A stretch of 64,000 nt of DNA from Eledone cirrhosa (taxonomy: Eukaryota). Below are positions 56,885 through 64,000 of the stretch, piece by piece. The notes below the pieces were generated by a model that had not been told where the DNA came from, searched no databases, and saw only the letters and a list, made by a program, of their open reading frames with translations. Position numbers and translations under genes: made by a program. Where the stretch lies: the NCBI GenBank assembly GCA_964016885.1, contig OZ024751.1, positions 33,170,001 to 33,234,000 of the forward strand. Reading direction: 5' to 3'. Within the stretch, counting starts at the first letter, position 1, and each line of letters begins with the position of its first letter.

Positions 56885-57098
56885 TGTGTGTGTATTCATG
56901 TACTTGTATACACAAAAATATGTTATATGAATAAATTTGTCTATGAATACATGCATACACATATTTATATATATATATATGTGTGTGTGTATGTGTGTGT
57001 GTATAATAATATATATACGTGTTTACATACATATGTATATATATACAAGTAGTCATATCTGCACATATTTATAAACACATATGCATGAGTGTGTGAGA

Positions 57099-57153
<55 letters not shown>

Positions 57154-58639
57154 ACTATGTGTGTGTGTAATACTCCAACATTATTCTTCGCCTTCAAGAA
57201 AAATTTATTGAATCCTCTGAAAATAGATAAAAAGAAAAGAAAGAGAAGATAGAGAGGAGAAGACGATGAGATACAGGGTGGAAAAAAAACTGATGGAGCA
57301 ATGAAGTTTTTCTTTTGAACGGTTGATGTGTGATCTGCCCGGGTCAAAGTAGAATTTCAAATTATTAATGACAGCTAATTAGCAAGGACTCCTGGCAAAA
57401 TACGATCCTTTCAAAAAATTGAATTGTTTCTAGTTACGCTGTCAGTAGTGCATAAAAAAATGTGGCAATCACTGTAAAAGAAAGTGAGAAAGTAAAACTG
57501 CAAGAATGGGTAAGATAGGAAGGAGGGGTGTAGAAAGTTAAGTGGGAGTAGTTAAGAAATATAATAACAAAGCTTGAGGTAGTAACAACAACAACAATAA
57601 TAACAACAAAGCTTGAGGTAGTAACATAACAACCACAACAACGTCACTAACAACAATAACAACAATAATAAAGAAAAGAGCGGTAAATCTGAAGGAGGTG
57701 CTATACCATTCAATATTCACTTAAAAAGGCAGATAATAGAGGGAAATATTGAGAAAATATACATAATATAATTGGCATAATTCAGAAGAATATTATTATT
57801 AGTATTGTTGTTGTTGTTGCCACTGTTTTTGTTGTTGTTGTTGTTGTTGTTGGAACAAATAAATGAGCAAATTAATGTAAAAAAAGCAAAAACGAAAACA
57901 AAAATAAGATTTTAAAAAATATAAAATATATAAGAATATTATCACTTTGACGATTGACATGTTTGTATATATTTAGATTTTTGTAATAATAATAATAATA
58001 TTGACAAGGGGAGGGGGAGGTAGAAGAATGGGATAAATCTGTTGGTGGTGCTGGTGCTAATGATGAGGGTTATGATGATGGAGAGGAGAAGTGGACTAGT
58101 AAGAAGATATAATTCATTGGCCACAAGGGGAGCACATATAATATCATAAATGTTATAATCATAGAAGATAACACTTCATGTAGAGCTGGATATGGATAAA
58201 CGAAGGATGTTGTTGCGATTACTGTGACTACCTCGCTCTATGCTCTGCTCCGACGGCGAACGTACAGGGAGGATGAACGACAAACCTGACCGTCGAAGTA
58301 TTCAAACTCAGAACTTAGAAAGTTCTATCATTAATGAATTAATCGCCAGGGGGGGGGGGGGGTCCGAAACCCGGACAATCCAAAAGACAGAGGCGGAAGA
58401 GATTTACAAAAAGATGGAAAATTCAAAATGTGAGAAGGCACAGGTTAGTTTGATTTCTTCGACGCCCAGAGACCCAGAGATTCTCCGAGAACGTCGTCAC
58501 TCTTGCCTACCAGTAGACCTCTGGTACAGCGGAATTTCTACTGTCTGTAGAGGGCTGTGAGCACCTGACAACATTCTAATTACCAGGCCCACTGTCTCGG
58601 TCTTTGCTTCACCCACTACTTCAGATTAGTCAGCTGCTG

Positions 58640-59147
58640 CTGGTGGTGTTGGTGGTGTTAATGTTGGTTGTGGTCTAGTGATGGTGGTTGTGGTGGTGGT
58701 GGTGGTGGTGGTAGTGATGATCTAGTGGTGGTGTTGGTGTTGGTGATGGTGGTGGTGGTGGTAGTGGTGATCTAGTGGTGGTGTTGGTGTTGGTGATGGT
58801 GGTGGTGTTGGTGGTAGTGGTGATCTAGTGGTGGTGTTGGTGTTGGTGATGGTGGTGGTGGTGGTGGTAGTGATGATCTAGTAGTGGTGTTGGTGGTGGT
58901 GGTGGTGGTGGTGGTGGTGGTGGTGGTGGTAGTGGTGGTGGTGGTGGTAGTGGTGATCTAGTGGTGGTGTTGGTGTTGGTGGTGGTGGTGGTGTTGGTGG
59001 TAGTGGTGATCTAGTAGTGGTGTTGGTGGTGGTGGTGGTGGTGGTGGTGGTGGTGGTGGTGGTGGTGGTGGTGGTGGTGGTGGTGGTGGTGGTGGTGGTG
59101 GTAGTGGTGATCTAGTGGTGGTGGTGGTGTTGGTGGTGGTGGTGGTG
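58640..59147 (+). repeat. (GGT)n tract punctuated by a recurring 'agtggtgatctagt' motif
   Basis: Visible directly; 'gatctagt' recurs 7 times. Confidence 0.9.
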
Positions 59148-59737
59148 AAAATATTGGCATTAATGTTGTTTATGTTTCTTGTTCTTCCTGTGATTGTGAC
59201 TGGAATTGAAATCCATAGTTTTGCCAGAGTTGGAGATGGGGCTGTTTACGTCACCGTCCTCGTATTCGTCGTCGTTGCTTTTGTTGTCGTCGTCACCGTC
59301 GTGGCCGTCATTGTTGTTGTTGTTGCTGTCAATGTTTTCAGGACTTTAGCTGTTCCCTCCCGTCAACAGCCGGCTGTTATCTCTTGCGGAAGAACATTCC
59401 TCGCCCACCATCATTTTCTACAAAGCATTAAGGGGCGTGTTTTGAAAATAATCCCGTTTTTCTGCCCTAAGGGCTCCAGATATACTAACCAGCTCATGAA
59501 AATCATGGATATTTTATCTATAAAACAGCAACAAATGTTCAATATAAAACGTTGTGTAAACAATGTAAAGAAAGAAAAAACAGACTTACGAAGCAATTTA
59601 ACACGTTGTGTCGAGACACGAAGCAAGCATAATAGTAATTATTATTATATCAATAATAATACTAAACAGAGTGGTAATACTAATATCTAATATAGCAGCG
59701 AAAAAGAAAACATAAAAATCCTAATCATAGTCTCTAC

Positions 59738-59769
<32 letters not shown>

Positions 59770-60621
59770 CCACCATCGTTCTCATCATCATCATCATCAT
59801 CATTATGATCGTCAATGTCATCATCACTGTCAGAATGGACTATAATCCTCATCATTATAGCGTCTTGTGGATTCCCAAAGCATGTAGAGTCATGTGCAAA
59901 CGTGGAAACAAAATATTGATTCTTTAGTTTATAACTTTGCTTTATCATAACTTTGCCAGATTTCTCCTGTTACTGCTTCAGTTACCATTATTTCCCGATG
60001 GCAACTCTACTATGATGTTCACTTTATGGTATACACAATCTGCATTTATCACAGAACCAGACTGACGTCATTCACTTATTAAATATTGATTTCTTACTAA
60101 GGCAAACACAAATATAACAGAAGAACAACTAAACGAAGATAAAAGGCTAGAGATTTTATAAGAAGGCAAATATGAGTGTGTGACAATCATCCCTCTCTCG
60201 ATAATTACGCCTCCATACTAAACTTGAATTGTCTGCTAGCAAAAGTCAAAACTATTTAAGCAGACCTGACTAATTCTTACTAAATTTCTAGATTGTTCTT
60301 TCTGTGTAGAACTCCACTTCCTCCCCTTTTATTAATTATCGATATATTGTTGCATAATTGGCATTTGTGGGGCGAGGGGGCGAGTATGGGGTGGAGGGTT
60401 GTAAATGAGAATTATATTAGCGGCTGTGGAACTCAATATATTCCGGGTGTATATCACTGGGTGTATAGAAAGGCTTCTAGTTTTAAATCAATTACTGAGA
60501 TGAAAGGTAGAAGATCATCTTGGATGAATGATTAAATTATCACCAGAGACGCACAACACACACACACATATATATATATATATACACATACATATACATT
60601 TATACACATACATATATACAC

Positions 60622-60663
<42 letters not shown>

Positions 60664-60785
60664 TCATACATATACATATATATATACATGTATATATATA
60701 TACATATACATACATATACATATATATACATGTATATATATATACATACATAAATACATACATAAATACATACATACATACATAG

Positions 60786-60850
<65 letters not shown>

Positions 60851-61129
60851 TATATATTTCATGGTGCCTATCATTTCTGCAAACGTTGTAGTATTGCTCG
60901 TTTTATCAGCGAAATAAATGTAAAGTAAGATTGATAGACAATTTGATAGGTTGTTGGTCTGTAATTTAAGATGTTTATGTTTTGGCATTAAGATCGTCAG
61001 TGAATGTATAAAGAAACTATATTACCGAAAGATATTATATTTAAGATGTATGTAATATGTACAGACTAACATCACGAAACATTTATATCAAATCCAGAAA
61101 AGGAATGGTAACATATTTTTATGTCCTAT

Positions 61130-61325
61130 TGTATAATAGGGACTAAGAATAAATATTAATAAATGGGATGTTAAATACTTTTGAGATGTGGGTATGTAGA
61201 GGACTTTTCAGAATGTCATGGACAGAATAGAAATCTAAGGATGAAGTTCTACCAATGCCAAAAACCAAAGAAATCTCATTAGACAACATCAAAGAGAGAA
61301 AACTAAAACATTTCTGATATTTAAT
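61130..61325 (+). mobile_element. Degenerate RTE-clade LINE fragment
   Basis: Hand translation FEMWVCRGLFRMSWTE*KSKDEVL ... LDNIKERKLKHF matches the RTE FEMW..RR.LRISW...NEEVL...R.L..FGH pattern. Confidence 0.7.
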
Positions 61326-61431
61326 TATAGAACCTAAAGTTTATTAGCTTAAGTGCTAAGTCAAGGTTCTCAGATAAATCTATAAAGAACCATTTCTCTC
61401 GTAGACTGATCAAGAACTTCACCAGTGTATC

Positions 61432-61499
<68 letters not shown>

Positions 61500-62462
61500 A
61501 CACACTCTCTCTCTCTCGCTCTCTCTATCTATCTCTCCCCCCTCTCTCTCTCTCTTCCATTCTCTCTCTCTTTCTCTCTAACTTTAACACCATCTTTGCA
61601 ACATTTTCAACCGGAGAAAGCTGAACTGGGATGGGCCTCAGTCAGTTTAGAAGATTATACCAATTGCACGATCAACAGAAGAGGCTCCTCCTGACATGTG
61701 TACATTTACTGTTATTCTCAAGGAGATTTAGGGTGACAAAGTCCCTGACAAAGCTAGATCTTTGAATTACAGACACAGATAGTCCAACGGGCTTCCAAAC
61801 AGTTTCTGTCAACCTAATTACACACACAAGGAATGGGTTGACCAGAGATTTGTAAATATGTAACTTGATGGGATCGAACCACAACAAAATGTTTCTGAAA
61901 CAAACTTCTTGACCATTCGGTGATGTTGTGTCTACCTAGAAAGTTCTATGAAATTAGTTCCAATAGCAAGATTAACAATGTCAACAAGAGAGAGACCCTA
62001 CCCACACCATACTGTCTTAACAAAAACGAAATGATAGATTTCGGAATATAGTCAAAAGTCACATTTAAACGAAAAGAAGTACATACCCAATATGCAACTT
62101 TTTTCTCAATATGGTACGGTTTTATTGGAAGGAATTATGTTATTTCCAGCAGATTATGTAACCGTGTTGTGTTCCAAAGTGCAACATTGGCACTTGACAT
62201 AATGCAACATCAGTCTCTGAGAGATTAGAGACGAAGCTATACATGCTTTCCAATATATTTCTTCAAAAATCAAATACATAATCCCGGATTACCATACGCC
62301 ATTTGATATAAAAGTAATTGTCTTGGAGGTTACACGATTAAATCGTTGTAAATTCAATAGAAACTACATATCGTCTCTTTTTATTTATAGATAGCTGTCT
62401 TCTTTGGACAATACATATATCTCCTGGTTTACAATCGGTAGATATTATATATATACATACAT

Positions 62463-62533
<71 letters not shown>

Positions 62534-62567
62534 CATACATATATATATTTATATATATATGCATAAG

Positions 62568-62608
<41 letters not shown>

Positions 62609-62657
62609 TTATAAATATATACATATATATATATATATGCATATGTATATATGTATA

Positions 62658-62689
<32 letters not shown>

Positions 62690-62893
62690 CACGTGTGTGT
62701 GTGTATACAATGATCCATGAGGTGGTGAGTGTAATTATTTAATTAATAGAAATGATCGCTATTGATTACATCTTGTCACTGAAACATTCCTGGAATGAAA
62801 CATGTTTTGAATCCATGTAAGCTTTGAATCTTACTTCAAATGCACACACACACACATACACACATATATATATATATATATATATACATACAT

Positions 62894-62968
<75 letters not shown>

Positions 62969-62987
62969 CACATACATACACACACAA

Positions 62988-63023
<36 letters not shown>

Positions 63024-63026
63024 ATG

Positions 63027-63057
<31 letters not shown>

Positions 63058-63257
63058 ATGTGTATATATATATATATATACAGAGAGAGTGAAGAGATTT
63101 AGTAGCTGTATAAGGTGTATGTTTGTATATAAATATATATGTATATACATATATATATACATATATATATACACACATATATATATAGAGATATATAGAT
63201 ATAGATATAGAGATCTATATATAAAGAGAGAGAGAGAGTGAGATAGAGAGAGAGAGA

Positions 63258-63318
<61 letters not shown>

Positions 63319-63404
63319 TGACAATTCGTTCCTTTTATTAGTACAGAATTACTAAATCACGTTCTGGAGCCACCGTTTCTGTGTTTTTAACTAAATTAGT
63401 TTAG

Positions 63405-63497
63405 AAGTACATATTATCGAAGTAAGTACATATTATCGAAGAAAGTACATATTATCGAAGAAAGTACATATTATCGAAGTAAGTACATATTATCGAA
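63405..63497 (+). repeat. 19-bp tandem repeat, ~5 copies
   Basis: Unit aagtacatattatcgaag(t/a). Confidence 0.9.
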
Positions 63498-63737
63498 CGT
63501 TTTTCTGAAACATTCTTCTGTCGTATCTCGAAGAATATTTTGTAATCCATGTGTTGAAATGTTTTTCAAAAGCTGTCGTAGATGAGTGTTTGGTTAATTC
63601 CATTTATTTGACACACAGTTCTGATGTTTGTTACGATATAACGTTGCAAACTTTTGATAACAGAAATTATATATACATCTCTATATAACCATATTAATAA
63701 AAGTCTATGATTATTATACACATACAGCCACTCACAT

Positions 63738-63786
<49 letters not shown>

Positions 63787-64000
63787 TATAGATACATGGA
63801 TAGAATGTGAGGGTGACACAGACTCACACAAACATACGCCACATTGACAGAAACGGTGTTGCGACTTCGACGAAGCAGGAACCTATTCCGTGGAATATAA
63901 TAGTCTCTGGAACTTTTAATATTTGTTTATTCCGCTAGAGATATTGTAAAAAATTAAACAGGATCTACAGAATTTCAGAAATGTCAGAAACATTAGGTCT

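Noticed and set aside
59115-59690. 191-aa Val-rich ORF and an acidic Asn/Asp-rich frame on the opposite strand
   Set aside because: Derived from GGT/GTC/GTT triplet repeats. The minus frames are interrupted by stops and no family motif is recognisable.

Overview
AT-rich, microsatellite-saturated animal genomic DNA. The SINE families and repeat landscape look cephalopod/octopus-like (inference). No host protein-coding gene can be supported, and almost all listed ORFs are translations of simple repeats. The window holds a ~7.6 kb direct duplication around a 200-N gap (probably an assembly artefact), two tandem R4/Dong-type RLE non-LTR retrotransposon fragments in (TAA)n, many tRNA-derived SINEs, a hAT MITE, RTE-like LINE scraps and several minisatellites. 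The most interesting content is a set of Penelope-like (PLE) insertions in (TA)n with asymmetric fold-back architecture. Family A (36143-38587, fragment at 23790-23980) keeps the C-terminal half of a GIY-YIG-type endonuclease and a type I hammerhead ribozyme with a variant U3-A8 core. Family B (38613-39232, diverged copy at ~24181-24370) carries a minimal type I hammerhead with a palindromic stem-III loop and a 10x19-nt reiteration at its fold-back point. The two families lie next to each other at both loci. All ribozyme calls come from folding the sequence by eye and need computational and biochemical confirmation.
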